A stretch of 64,000 bases of DNA from Squalus acanthias (taxonomy: Eukaryota). The stretch covers positions 73,346,001 to 73,410,000 of the forward strand of contig CM059430.1 of assembly GCA_030390025.1 (NCBI GenBank), read 5' to 3'. The notes beneath the pieces are model-generated. The model did no database searches. It had not been told where the DNA came from and saw nothing but the letters and a program-made list of their open reading frames with translations. The position numbers were made by a program, and so were the translations under genes. Shown here piece after piece: positions 1 through 12,920 of this stretch. Position 1 is the first letter of the stretch. Each line of letters starts with the position of its first letter.

Positions 1-137
1 CCTTGCGGGACTGTATGAGGCGTCTAGCTACCTGAATGAGACACAGCCTGTGGAGAGCGGGACGGTATACACCTGTCAGGTATCTCACATCTCTCTCCGG
101 ACTTCAGCCAATGTCAGCTACACTTTCTGTCATTTGG
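1..137 (+). CDS. Gene 1 (SIRP-like inhibitory Ig receptor): 3' part of Ig C1-set domain exon
   Basis: Frame from base 2 reads LAGLYEASSYLNETQPVESGTVYTCQVSHISLRTSANVSYTFCHL, with the C1-set motif YxCxVxHxxL. It ends at a phase-1 donor G|GTAAGA (138). Confidence 0.9.
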
Positions 138-334
138 GTAAGATCAATATATGAGTTGCCCGTTTATATTAACCAATTGAAAACATGATTTTCGTGTGTA
201 ATAGAGATGAACTGAAACATCGAATTTGTGTCTTCTGTTTGGCACATGTTTGGCCCGTCACATTGTCTGCATCACACCTAGGGGTTGTAATAGTACACAT
301 GCTTATGGTTGTATATGTTTGATGTCATTTAATA

Positions 335-460
335 AGAACATGAGAAATACGTACAGGAGTAGGCCATACGGCTCCTCGAGTCTTCTCCACCATTCAGTAA
401 GTTCATGTATGATCTTCTACCTCAACATACTCACCCGGCCTATCCCCATATCCCTTGTTT
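335..460 (-). mobile_element. CR1 LINE 3'-terminal fragment
   Basis: aagaacatgagaaata...ggagtaggccat is the reverse complement of the CR1 3' UTR type seen at 26040-26113. Confidence 0.6.
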
Positions 461-707
461 ATCATAAAATAGTAACTGTGGAAATATAGCTTTGGTCAAG
501 TGGGAATAAAAATGTTTAATAACTAATTGTAACATTCATAATCCGCGGTCGGCAAACAGTTGATGTTTAACCGGCAGTTACAAATTGTTAAAAAATATAT
601 TTTAGTGATGCTACAGTGTTTCCAGTATTCTCATAATTTCATGATGCAAATAGTTTCTAAAGTAAAAAAGTCATCATAGGTTACGGAAATAAATCTCAAA
701 TCAATAC

Positions 708-1845
708 GACGGATTTTGTTGTAGAAATAACGCTGAGGCTGACATTGCTCACCATTATTTACGGAGAAATAGGATAGCAACTTCTTGTGATTGCACATGC
801 ACATTTCAACGCAGAAGTCCTTGTTTGCCGTGGCTCCATCGGTCGCACTTTAGCCTCTGAATCAGAAGGTTCTGCATTTAACGTCCACTTCAGAGACTCC
901 AGTACAAAAATCTAGGCTGACACTGCAGTGCAGTAGTGAGGGGATGCAGCACTGTCAGAGGTGCTGTCTTTCGGATTAGACAATAAATCGAGGCACTTTG
1001 TGTTGCCTCAGGTGGACGTAAAAGATCCTATGGCACTGTATCGCAAAAGAGCAGCGGAGTTATCCCTGGTATCCTGACCAAAATGGATCCCTTAATCAAC
1101 ACCACTAAAAGAAAGAAATGTCTGGTAATTATCACATTGCTTTTTGAGGGAGCTTGCTGTACAAATTGGATGTTGTGGTTACTACATTACAAAAGTAATG
1201 ACACTTCAAAAGTACTTAATAGGTTGTAAAGTGCTTTGGGGCTTCCTGCGGTTGCTATATAATGCAAATTTTAATTCAGCAATCGGGAAGTTGCTGTCCA
1301 ATATGCGATGTTCTGCCAAAAGGTTCCCGAAAGAACATCTCGCTGTTTGGCTCCCCATTCAAATATATTTAATAGCTTGAAGTTGCTGTACTTACATCAT
1401 ATATACGAACTGAACTTGCCAGAAAACATTAGGGCTTGTCTATTCCAGTTTAAGTCCACTTTTAACAGCGTGTAAGTATTAATTGCCACCAAACACACTG
1501 ACACTGAAATGAAATTTTGCAAGTGTGGAGTCTCATTCCTTCAGACTTTAATTAGTGATTTAAAAATAGGTGAATTAAAAGTAATCGCTTTCTTCACTTT
1601 TTCTTGCTGTCTCTTTTATTTCTCTTCCTTGATCTAATCTTTCTTTCTCTCTCTTCATTTCGCATTCTGTACCTGATCTTGACATTGGATTCAATATTCT
1701 AACTGTATCAGACTCTGCGCTGCTCATTAACGATTATTAAACCCGATTACTTAAGGCAATTCAGAGAATGCTGCGCTTTTTTCCTCTCTAATTTAAAGTG
1801 AATTTCTCGGCCGTTCTAGTGCCACTGAGAGCAAAATCCGGCCCA
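708..1845. mobile_element. Non-autonomous DNA element (MITE-like), interrupted by a SINE
   Basis: Inverted termini cggattttg ... caaaatccg and no coding capacity. Confidence 0.4.
824..1270 (+). mobile_element. tRNA-derived Deu-domain SINE (SacSINE1/AmnSINE1-like)
   Basis: tRNA-like head, Deu-domain core (gaggtgctgtctttcgga...aaaagatcc) and 3' gctatataatgcaa. Homologous to 39922-40372. Confidence 0.75.
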
Positions 1846-2387
1846 TGTTCAAATATATCCGGAAAATGTCGCTTGTTTGTTTCAAACGCCTGAGAAAGGT
1901 CAAAGCTTTGACCATAGCTTCCCTAGACTACACGTCACATCATTTGAAGAGAGATGCACAAATTAGTAGAATTAACAATTCCTAAAATGTCCAGTATCGC
2001 CTTATCACTCACTTTGAGGAGAAAGGGTTTTAAGCCAATGGAAAAGAAAATCCGTTGCAGTGCAAAACAGAACGCTGATTCGCTTAGCCTGGTTTTCACC
2101 CAAAGAACCAACTTGCGTCCCGCAACGTGCTTCCAAATTAAAAGAATTGCACCAAATTTTGAAGCTGGGGACCGGTTGTGACAGGTCATTCATGCAGCGT
2201 GCAACGTTCTGTTAATTGTAAGTTCGTCCCCTGATGTAGGGAGGGAAAAACACTGGCATCACAAACAGGCGAGTTATTATTAAGACTGAAACGCTTTTAT
2301 ATATAAAATCATGGAAGACATAACAGCTGACATAGCAATTATTAACTAAAGCAACTATGGCAGGAAAATTACTATATGCCGGAGACA

Positions 2388-3125
2388 ATAATAAAAAAAA
2401 ACGGAACATGCTGGTAATATTCCGCGGGTCAGCCAGCATCTGTGAAGTGAGAAACAGAGTTAACGTTTCGTTTCGATGAACTTTTGTCAGAACTGGAAGT
2501 AAGTAGCGAAGTAAAAGTTTGTAAGCAAGTACAGAGGCAGGGAAATGTGGGAGGGAGGAGGAAGAGAGGAAAGAACAAAGCGGAAGGTCTGTGATAGGTT
2601 GTAAAGCAGGAGTGATTAAATGTCAAAATGGAACATTGCTCAAAGCAGAAGTGGGTGGTGATTGGGCAAGTAAAGAAACAAAAGATGAGTCTAGACGAGC
2701 TGTAAATGGCCACAGCAGGACCATTGCCAACACCTGCTGTCCGAACAAATAGGAGCAGTGTTTATCATCTGAATTTATTAAAATTAATGTTGAATCCGGA
2801 AGTTTGTAAAATCGAATGATGAGATGCTGTTCCTCGAGCTTCTGTTGAGCTCCATTGAAACAGTACGAGGCTGAGAACATTGAAGCCAGAGTGGGAGTGG
2901 GATGCAGAATTAAAATGGGAACTCTATGGAAGCCCATGGTCAAGCTTGCGGACTGAATGGAAGCGCTCAGCAAAGCGATCACCCAATTACTTTTGGTCTC
3001 CCTAATGCAGAGGAGACTGCATTTTGAGCAGCAAATAAAGTGTACGAAATTGAAAGAAGCACAAGTACATCGCTGTTCCACCTGGAAGGAGTTCTTGGAG
3101 ACTTGGACCACCCTCCTCTGCGTGG
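2388..3125 (-). mobile_element. Penelope-like element 3' fragment (decayed GIY-YIG endonuclease and hammerhead tail)
   Basis: ORF 2623-3111 reads FQVEQRCTCASFNFVHFICCSKCSLLCIRETK, a degenerate PLE GIY-YIG motif. A degenerate hammerhead core sits at 2494-2458. Confidence 0.75.
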
Positions 3126-3857
3126 CTTAGCCTGGTCCAAAATTGAACAACTTTTACTCTGACTCCATTCACGCCCTCCAAATAAAAGGTGACGCTATGG
3201 AAACCCGTACAGGCCCTGTTTGGGGCTGCACAATGGGAACGAAAATCGGGAGAAGTGTTTAAGGGGCCCGGGCGGGTTGCTGATCTGTATAGCCCGTTTT
3301 ACAGTATCGTCTAAAGTCGAAATATCTCCCACACTCTGCACTCCCCCAATCACTCTAGAGTGATTATCTTGAGAGACTTTGATTTGACTCCCTCGCTAAT
3401 GAACCCTACCAGTTTTAGGCGTGTAGCATCCCTGCCCCTTCTGTGCATTGTATCTAATTCTGACCTACAATTCAACACATTGCCACTTTGCAACAGACTC
3501 CAAACTACTGTGTTAGATTAAAGAAGAATTATGATATTATCATAAAACCATAATCTGCAGATTCTTACCAGTGAGTTGGCCTTCTCGCGAGCTATTATTC
3601 CTTTACACACAGAAATGAATTATGTAGTAAGGTGATGTGTGAAGAAAATAATTGTATTTTCAGAAAACCGTGCCCCATTACCCATAGCACAATCCCGCAC
3701 ACCCTTGCAACAATATAAACTTCAACTCACTGCCAGGAATACCATGGGTAATCCACTGTATAAACCCCATAGCTTTGCTCACGGATTAGTCTGGTGTTTT
3801 ATGCATGATCTCCATTGCTAGCTTCAAACTTGATACACCTGTTTAAAGCATCTGCTT

Positions 3858-4862
3858 AGAATCATAGAATCATAGAAAGTTACAGCACGGAAGGGGGCCA
3901 TTTCGGCCCATCGTGTCTGCGCCGGCCAACAAAGAACTATACAGCCTAATCACACTCCCCAGCTCTTGGTCCGCAACCCTGCGGGTTACAGCATCCCAAG
4001 CGCACATCCAAGTACTTTTTAAATATGATTAGGTTTCCTGCTTCTACCACCCTTTCAGGCAGTGAGTTACAGACCCCCACAACCCTCTGGGTGAAGAAAT
4101 TTCCCCTCAAATCCCCTCTAATCCTTCCACCAATTACGTTAAATCTGTGCACCCTGATTTTTGACCTCTCTGCTAAGGGATACAATTCATTTCTATCCAC
4201 TTTATCTCGGCCGCTCATAATTTTATACACCTCAATAAGGTCTCCCCTCAGCCACCTCTGTTCCAAGGAAGACAGACCCAGCCAATCCAGTCTTTCGTCA
4301 TAGCTAAAATCTCTACTCCCGGCAACATCCTTGTAAATCTCCTTTGTATCCTCTCAAGTGCAATCACATCTTTGCTGTAATGTAGTGACCACAACTGCAA
4401 GCAGTACTCTAGCTGAGGCCTAGCAAGTGTTTTATGTAGTTGAAGCATAACCCCCCTGCTCTTGTATTCCATGCCACGGCTAATAAAGGCAAGCATTCCG
4501 TATGCCGTCTTCACCACCTTATCTACCTGGCCTGCTACCTTCAGGGATCTGTGGACAGGCACTCCAAGGAACCTTTGTCCCTCTGCACTGCTCAGTGTCC
4601 TACCAGTTAATGTTTATTCCCTTTCCTTGTTAGCACTCCCCAAATGCATTATCTCACACTTCTCCGGATTGAAGTCCATTTGCCACTGTTCTGCCCACCT
4701 GACCAATGTATTGATATTTTCTTGCAGTCTACAGCTTCCTTGTTCAGTATCAGCCACACAGCCGATTTTAGTATCATTTGCAAACTTCTTAATCATACCC
4801 CCTATATTGAAGTCTAGATCATTGATATTTCCCACAAAAAACAATGAATCTAGTACTGAGCT
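3858..4862 (-). mobile_element. 5'-truncated CR1 LINE
   Basis: RT C-terminal ORFs (KFANDTK, RPQLEYC, RGDLIEVYKI, NFFTQRVV) and an (ATTCTATG)n tail at ~3858. Confidence 0.92.
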
Positions 4863-5190
4863 TTTTTGTAAGCAAAATAATACAATTACAGCTACTGTTA
4901 CATTCCCGAAGGCTCTTCGCCAGCATTGTGTGTGGAACTTTCAGACTCCATGCTAGAATATTTCAGTTTACTTTCTGCTAAGATTATATTGGATCTGTAA
5001 AGAAACCCACTGTCAGAAAAAAAATAAGTGCTGCTACTGATTCAGTTTAAATGAACGAAGACTTCCCATAACTTATGGGGACATTCCAACCATTACGCAT
5101 TCTACCTTTAACCCACAGATAGTTCGAAGCTGTGCTATTATTTCTCAGTTAATTTTGCAGCTATAAATAGAAGCTGGCGTCTGTATGTTT

Positions 5191-5489
5191 GAGAATTTGA
5201 ATCCAGTTGAACTAATATCGGGAAATAAAATGCTGGTTTCAGTAACAGTGACCGTGAAGCTATTTGATTCTCATAACAACCCAACTGGTTGATTCATGTC
5301 CTTTAGGGATGTAAATATGCCGTCCTTAACCGGTCTTGCATTTAGGTGACTCCAGTACCACATCAACCTGGGGGACTTTTAATTACCCTTGGATGTGTCC
5401 TAGTAAGCCAGTCAGTTTGATCAAATTAAGGATGGAGACTAAATGGCGGTTTTTCCCGCGATGCTCATGACGGGAAAATGAAAAAAAGA
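5191..5489 (+). mobile_element. LF-SINE-like SINE (head truncated)
   Basis: Body (atgtcctttaggga...gtgactccag...aagccagtcagtt) joined directly to a tail homologous to the LINE 3' end at 43230-43297. Confidence 0.7.
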
Positions 5490-6344
5490 AATCCGGACCC
5501 AGGAATAAGAGTTCTCTCACGTTCCCGAGTCACTGCACATGATAACTATTAAGACAGTTGGCAATTCGAACCTGATGGAGGCTTTTTCACTGTCCAGCTG
5601 CCTGATACTGACATCTTCCTTTCGATGATGCTACCCTTTTCTTGAAATTATTTTGCGGTTCTCAACAGTTTCAGAGTCAGGTTTCTATTCACAAAACTCA
5701 ATTCCCCTTCAATAATTGCCCTTCCAGTCTATTTTTCCATATGCGTATTGTAACGGACTAAATGCAAGTTAGATTAAAATACGGGCACAGGATGAGATAA
5801 CTTTACATCATATTGTCGAAAATGTGAACACGCACAAATATTCTCCGGCCGCATTGACTGGTCACCTGGTGAAGACTAGAGAACATTTCTTTAGTTTGCC
5901 CTTTCTGGCCAAAACATAAAAATATTCTAATGGAAAACTTTTACAATTTGGCTAAACAATGCTACATATATAGCGTGCCTTTAGCGACCTGTAAAGGGGT
6001 TTCCACTTCACAGTAACAACAAAGTTAAAATTTAAGTTAATGTTCCTGGAGGAGACAATCTCATACTGCTTGGGTTTCGTACAACACGGAATGACTGGCA
6101 GTCTTAGTGTGAACGATCATAGGGCATGTTCCTCTGTGTTTACTATGTATCTAACTCAGAACGATCATAGTGAATTTTCCCGTGTGTTTAACTTAGATCA
6201 AACACAGAACAATGATAGGAAACATTCCCCCGATATTAAAGATAAGCAGAAGTGAAGCAGTTGGAATAATTTGCCACTGATTACTAACTTATAACGCTGC
6301 ATATATTTTGCACTTGACGTCTATATTCATTGTTAATCTCGCAG

Positions 6345-6446
6345 ATTATGAGAATTATGAGGATAAGCATTATCCATTGATTTTCGGTTGTCTGGGAGCA
6401 GGATTGATAACGTTACTGAGCGTAATTTTCATCGTGAAGCGAAGAG
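6345..6446 (+). CDS. Gene 1 transmembrane exon
   Basis: tctcgcag| ... AG|gtagga, 102 nt, phase 1-1. Encodes DYENYEDKHYPLIFGCLGAGLITLLSVIFIVKRR, an uncharged TM followed by a basic stop-transfer. Confidence 0.88.
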
Positions 6447-7073
6447 GTAGGAATCAGTACCTATTTGATCTTTAGATTATTGTTAAATTATTTCGTTGGA
6501 ATTAAGGGGTAGTACAATTTAAAGTCTAGAAACAGTGTACATAAATATACTGTACACTGATAGATGCTGCAATTTAATGTTTCAATATCAGTTTCTGATG
6601 GTTTCATCTGGTAGGTTAGTTCGGCCAAATAAACTATATTGTTTTGTGCAGTAGCGCGATTAGCTCATCTGTGATGTCCCCCACGATTGCATTGCCTCCT
6701 CGAACCCACTTCTCGGGATCACACGTTAGCAAGGTACTGGAGGGAATTTAGCGGCCCTGGAAACGTATCCCACCATGAGTAATGTTTTATATTCAACACA
6801 GCAGATAGCGACAACATGCAGCCTGTTAATACCATTTAGATTTTAACCGGTTCATATCGTGAGATTATTTCAGCACACACATGCTCGGAAACGCAACATA
6901 GGATGGCCGACGATTCTAGAACTCCTTGAAGAGAATGATGAAGAACTGCAGTGGAATTTGCTATTCGACCTATTGAGTTTGGAGAATCTACCGCCGTGGT
7001 ACCAGCTGGAAAGTTTTAGTACGTCATGTGGTAACGATTGGAATAAATTCTTCCTAATTTACTTCTTCTTTAG

Positions 7074-7117
7074 GGACATGCAGAAAGCAGAACGAACGTA
7101 TACAGCGCAATGAGCAG
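7074..7117 (+). CDS. Gene 1 short juxtamembrane cytoplasmic exon
   Basis: Pyrimidine tract cttcttctttag| ... CAG|gtaaat, 44 nt, phase 1-0. Encodes GTCRKQNERIQRNEQ and links the phases of the flanking exons exactly. Confidence 0.8.
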
Positions 7118-7559
7118 GTAAATTAACCGCAATACTTTATTCAGAATTAGAGATAAGCTCGTAATTTAAAGCGAATAGTGAACTTTTACCGATATTCCCT
7201 ACGCAAAACCTTCCGTTAACATTGTATAATTAAAAGTGTATGATACAATTAGATAACATGAATCGTCACAATAATTAAATCAAATCATCCACTAACTATT
7301 TAAATTATGCAAGTGTGAGCGTTCAATTAATTTGTTTAGAGTCTGGCTTCACCCCTTGCCTAAAACTAACATTACCCTCAGTCCCTGCCCTCACCTCCAT
7401 ATTCATAATAATATGAACATGAATTTATGTAATTTTTTTAATGGAGCAAAATATCCTAAGGGGCTCCATGTAGAGAATGCAGCCTGCTGCTTTTGGAAGA
7501 AATAGACGTGTTGAACAATGTAGGGGAATGATAGTTCTTCAGTTTTTTTTGTAAAGGCT

Positions 7560-10020
7560 GAAAGAGCAACCATAACATAATTAGCTTCAGTACAATAATA
7601 AAAAATGAAAGACAAGCATCAAAAATAAAAGGACTTAACCGGAAAGTATCCATTTGAATGAAATTTAAAAGGAACTAGCCTAGAACAAACTAGCCAATCG
7701 CGACACACATTGAAGAGTAAAGAAATAAGGGCAAAACAGAAAATAAATCGAAAGCCATACACATAGACAACAAAGGGGAGCAAGACAAATGGGAATAAGT
7801 AAAAGGTTAGGAATTCAGTCTGAAATAATTAACAAGGCCAAGATATATTACGAAATTCAATTATAAAGGAACATAAAAATAAATCATAAATTGTTGTACA
7901 ACCATATAAATAACAAAAGAAAAATCAGGAGAAGGATAGCGTCACTAAGGGATACGTGCGTTATACGCAAAGTTAATAACAGCGAAATGGCAGAAATATT
8001 AAATAATTACTGTGCCTCGGTATTTACCAGCGAGAAAAACATGGTGGACATGAAATTAGAAGAAGAGATCAAAATACATATGAAGACATTTAAACCTAGG
8101 GAGGATTAAACCCCTGGTCTAGATGGATTGCATCAGCGCATATGGAAATAAGATGGGAAGAGATAGCTGAGGCACTATTTTAATTTTTACATATATATAT
8201 GTATTTAAAACAGTCACTGGAAAAGTGATTAGTGCCAGAGGACTGACAACGAGCTAACGTGAATACTATATTTAAAAAGGTATCCAGGAAATTATAGACA
8301 CATTAGTTTAATGTCAGTGTTAGTAACAAGAATTAATCCTTGATCAAAGATAGAATAGAAAAACAGCTGGAAACTTAAAAAATAATGTAGCGTAATCGGC
8401 ACGGATTCCAAAAGGGAAGCTCATGCTTGACCAACCTTATGGAATTCTTTGAAGAAGTAGCAAAAAACATAGTAAGGGTAATGTTGTAGACATAATATAT
8501 TTGGAATTCCAAAAGGCATTCGGTAAGGTACGGCATTAGTAGACACACGACGGAGGTCAGTGTTTGTGGATTCAGGGGTCAAGTAGCTGAATGGCTAGTA
8601 AACTGGCTACAAAACATAAAATAGAAAGTGGGGATAACAATAGATACAGTGACTGACCAGAGGTGGGTAGTGGTGTTCCACAAGGGTCGGTGCTTACACG
8701 ACTGTTATTCAACATTTTCGTAAGTGATTTGGACTTGGGAATCAGAAGTACAATTTCAAAATTTGGGTACTACAGTAACTGTGGGTTGTAGTTAATAAAG
8801 AGTAAGACTACGACAAGATACACAAAGACATTATTAAATTTGCAGAATGGGTGTGTAATTGGCTAATTAACTTCAATATTTATTTGTGTGAGTTAGCACG
8901 TTTTAGTAGGAAGAGTATGGAGACCACACATTCCTTGGAAAGTAAGTGTCTAATGAGATACACGCGCAGATGGATCTGTGGGTACAGATACGCAATTCAC
9001 TCTAAGTAGTGATGCAGATTCATCAGTCGATAAATAAACAAACAAAGCACTGGGATTCATTTCTAGAAGGGTAGAATTGAAAAGCAGAGAAGTTATGTTA
9101 AACTTGCATAGAACTTAATTTGAACCACACTTAGAGGACTGTCAACAGTTCTGGTCTCCGTATTATAAAAAAAAATGATATAGAAAAACTTGAGAAGGTG
9201 CAAAAACATTTTCTAGAATGATTCCAGAACTGAGAGCTTATAGCTATCACGAAACATTGAACAGGCTGGAGCTCCTTTCTCCAGAAAACACAAGACTGAG
9301 GGGTGATCTGATGGAGAAATTTAAGACTGTGAAATGTTTTGTCAGGGTAGCCGTAAAGAAGATGTTTTCACTTGCAGCAGAATCCAGAACTAGGGGTATG
9401 AATATAAGATCGTCACTACTAAATCCAAAAAGCAATTCAGGAGAAACTTCTTTACCCGGAGAGTAGTTTGAATGTGGAACTCGCTGCCACTAACATAGAT
9501 GCATTTAAGGGGAAGCTGGATAACTGTATGTGGGAGAAATGAATAGATAGATATGTTGATGGGTTTAGATGAAGAAGGATGGGAGGAGACTCATGTTGAG
9601 CATAAACACCAGCATGGAGCTTTCAGGCCGAATGGCCTGCTTCCGTGCTGCAAATACTATGCATGGCTACATATAAACTGGAAAGAATAATTGGCAAGTA
9701 AAATAGTTGATAAACATGAAAAACTTTCAAAAGTGTAGATGATTGGACTACAGAGTAGATACAATTCCCAGTAGAAGTAGGGAAGATGCTACAAAAGCGG
9801 GCGTTTCATCAATTAGTATAGATTTTAAAATTAAAATTAAGCTTCACAGGAGATTAAAAAAGAGGCATGTATCAAAGTCAGGGCTCATAATACGGAAAGA
9901 AAATTAAGTGGAATAGAGACAATGTAGAGGATACAAAACAATTTTAAACCAGAAAGGCTGAGGCAGGAATTGAACAAAACTGGCAGGTATCATTAAAGAG
10001 AAGAGTAATGCAGTTTATAC
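7560..10020 (+). mobile_element. Degenerate CR1 LINE ORF2 (to ~9665) plus a further CR1 fragment
   Basis: MAEILNNYCASVFT, GPDGLH-like, GSCLTNL and LRGDLME motifs, with 3' UTR ggccgaatggcctg. Many stops and frameshifts. Confidence 0.85.
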
Positions 10021-10485
10021 ACACTTAAAGGGGAACATTTTAACTTTAGGACAAAGTTTAAGTCCGACGATGACGATTGGGCACCCGTTCTGTGCTTCGC
10101 CCGATTTTCCTTTCCATTGAATTCACTGGAAGCGATAATGAGGAGAACGTAAAACGGGCGCCGAATTGATATCTCCCGTTTTACAGTAACTTAAAATTTT
10201 TCAATTATGCTTCAAACAGTATAATTTGATTATCTGTTCGCTGATCAACTGCCTTAAATTCCACTAATTGTCGACGGAAAACTGGGAGAAGCACAAACAG
10301 CCTTTTTATTCGTTTCTCTCCGGGGATTATATAGCCAATATGTTAACTTCTTATTAATATTGTTGGAGGACATTTGCATAATTCCATCAGTTACAGTATT
10401 TATTTCTGTCTATTATGATATATTTCTTGAAGATATTTCGATTTGTAGAGAAAACATTGTATAAGAAAATGTTCATGTTTTTCAG

Positions 10486-10596
10486 ACCATATATACAGAA
10501 GCTAATGAGAGGCTAACGTACGCCACTCTGAATCTCGCTGGCACGCAGAAAATTAATACACCCAGATGTACGGACGAGAGCACAATATATGCCCAG
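10486..10596 (+). CDS. Gene 1 ITIM-bearing cytoplasmic exon
   Basis: tttttcag| ... CAG|gtagag, 111 nt, phase 0-0. Encodes TIYTEANERLTYATLNLAGTQKINTPRCTDESTIYAQ, where LTYATL is a canonical ITIM. Confidence 0.88.
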
Positions 10597-10934
10597 GTAG
10601 AGGGAACATTATTCAATTGAAGGAGCCATGATTCCGACTCCAGAATAAATGCATGGTGGCCCAGAATTTGCGGTCCATGATGATGACGAAATGGCAGCGT
10701 TCGTCGTCACTTCGCCTTTGAAACTGATTGCAAATTCAGGATCTAGCATCTGAGCAGCCGAACATGGAAATCCAGAACTTGCGGTCTGTCTTTCACTGTT
10801 CTTCCACAGGCTGCGCTGTGCCACACCCCACCTACTTCCCCCACCCCCCACCACTCAAACCACTCAAACAGAGCCGGCAATCGGTGTAATCTGCTCTTAT
10901 ACAGTAATTACGCTGATAATTAGGAGTGGTTTCA

Positions 10935-11355
10935 GATATCTGGAGAGACTGGAGAAAGTGGAATTGTTTTCCTTCGAACAGAGAAGGTTAAAGGTACATT
11001 TAATAGAGTTGTTCAAATTTATGAGGGGGTTTCATAGGGTAGATAGGGAGAAACTGTATCCACCGCAGCAGACGAAATAGATTTAAAATAAGTAGCAAAA
11101 AGCCAAGAGGGAGATGAGGAGATTTTATTTTACTCAATGAGTTGCTATCATCTGGAGTGCATTTCCTGAAAGTGCGGTGGAAAGCAGATTCAACAGTAAC
11201 TTTCAAAAGGGAATTGGATCTTTACTTAAAAAGGATAGCATTGCAGTGTTAGGAGGAAAGAGCAGGGGAGTAGGATTAATTGAAAGCTCTTTCGTAGAGC
11301 CAACACAGGCAAGATGGGCCGAATGGCCTCCTTTTGGGCTTAATGATTCTAGATT
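10935..11355 (+). mobile_element. CR1 3' fragment in gene 1 intron
   Basis: CR1 C-terminal homology ending gggccgaatggcctcc...gattcta. Confidence 0.75.
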
Positions 11356-11509
11356 TTACGAGAATGTTAATTGTTTTATTATCCTTGCCACTGAAAATGT
11401 TTACTATTTTTAATGTCTTCATTACTTAGAAGGTAATCTGTTTAAATAGCGAGCTATAAAATAGCTAAATACTAATGAGGTGATCATGATATGCAACATT
11501 GTTTTACAG

Positions 11510-11590
11510 ACCAAACATGGAGCATCTGAACATGGAGCTGCATACAACGGTATAAATGTGACTGATTCTTGCAAAACTGCAAAGCAATAA
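11510..11590 (+). CDS. Gene 1 probable last coding exon
   Basis: gttttacag| phase 0. Encodes TKHGASEHGAAYNGINVTDSCKTAKQ*, with Tyr at codon 12 as in the preceding ITIM exon. Confidence 0.65.
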   Translation, partial: TKHGASEHGAAYNGINVTDSCKTAKQ

Positions 11591-11714
11591 GGAACGGCAC
11601 AACTAATGAATAATAAGAATAATAACAGAAATACTTTTCTGAACAGTGTAAAGTGGCAACTACAGTGGGCTAATCGTTTTATTTGCTGTCAGAACAGTCT
11701 TGCATGCCAATGTT

Positions 11715-12920
11715 ACATAGGATTACATAGGATATACGACACAGAAACAGACCATTCGGCCCAAGCAGTCCATTCCGGCCTTTATGCTCAACACGAGCCT
11801 CCTCCCGTCTTTCCTCATCTAAATCTATCAGCATAACCCTCTATCCCCTTTTCCCTTAAATGCGTGTCTGTCCTCCCCTTAAATGCATTTATTCTTTTCG
11901 CTTCAACCACTCCCTGAGGTAGCGAGTTCCACATTCTCACTACTCTTTGGGTAAAGAAGTTTTTGCTGAATTCCCTATTGGATTTCTTGGTGACTATCCT
12001 ATATTTATGTCCTCCAGTTATGCTCTTCCCCACATGTGGAAACATTCTTTCTGAACCCCTCTATCAAAAGCTTTCATAATTTTAAGGACGTCTATTAGTT
12101 CAGCCCTCAGCTTTAATTTTTCCAAGAAAAATGAGACTCAGCCTGTTCATCCTTTCCTGATATACATACCCTCGCATTTCTCCTATCATCCATATAAACC
12201 TTCTCTGCACCCGGTCCAGTACCTCTATATCCTTTTTAGAATATGGCGACGAGAACTGTACGCAATACTCTAAGTGTGGTCTAGCCAAGGTTTGATACAG
12301 GTTTAGCATAACTTCCCTACTTTTCAATTATTTCCCTCTAGAGATAAACCCTAGTGCTTGGTTTGATTTGTTATGGCCTTGCTAACCTGTGCCGCAAATT
12401 TTAGTTATTTATGTATTTGAACTCCTAGAACCATTTGTTCCTCTAGACCACCTAGACTCGCACCCTCCAAGTAATAAGTGATCTCCTTATTCTTCCAACA
12501 AAATGGAATATCTCATATTGATCTGTGTTGAACTTCATTTGCCAATAATAAGCCCATTCTGCAAATTTATTCATGTCCTCGTTAACTTATTGCAGTCATC
12601 CTCAGTATTGACTATCCCCCCCCCAATCCCAATTTGGTGTCATCTGCTAATTTATAATTTTTTGATTCCTAAGTCTAATTCGTTAATGTAAATTGTGAAC
12701 CGCAGTGGTCCCAGCACTGATCGTTGTGGAGCACCAGTACCCACCATCTGCCTCTGCGAATAGATAGCCTTTACTCCTGTTTGGATGCAATCCATCTGGA
12801 CCAGGGTTTAATCCTCTTTGAGTTTGATCATTTACTTTAACATATCCCCTTATTTCTTTAAATGCTCTTATCTCATTACTAATCGCATCATCCAATGTCA
12901 TGTCCACCTGTTCAATGTTA
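11715..12920 (-). mobile_element. CR1 LINE fragment
   Basis: ORFs with RPHLEYCVQF, NFFTQRVVRMWNSLP and GPDGLHP. Confidence 0.88.
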
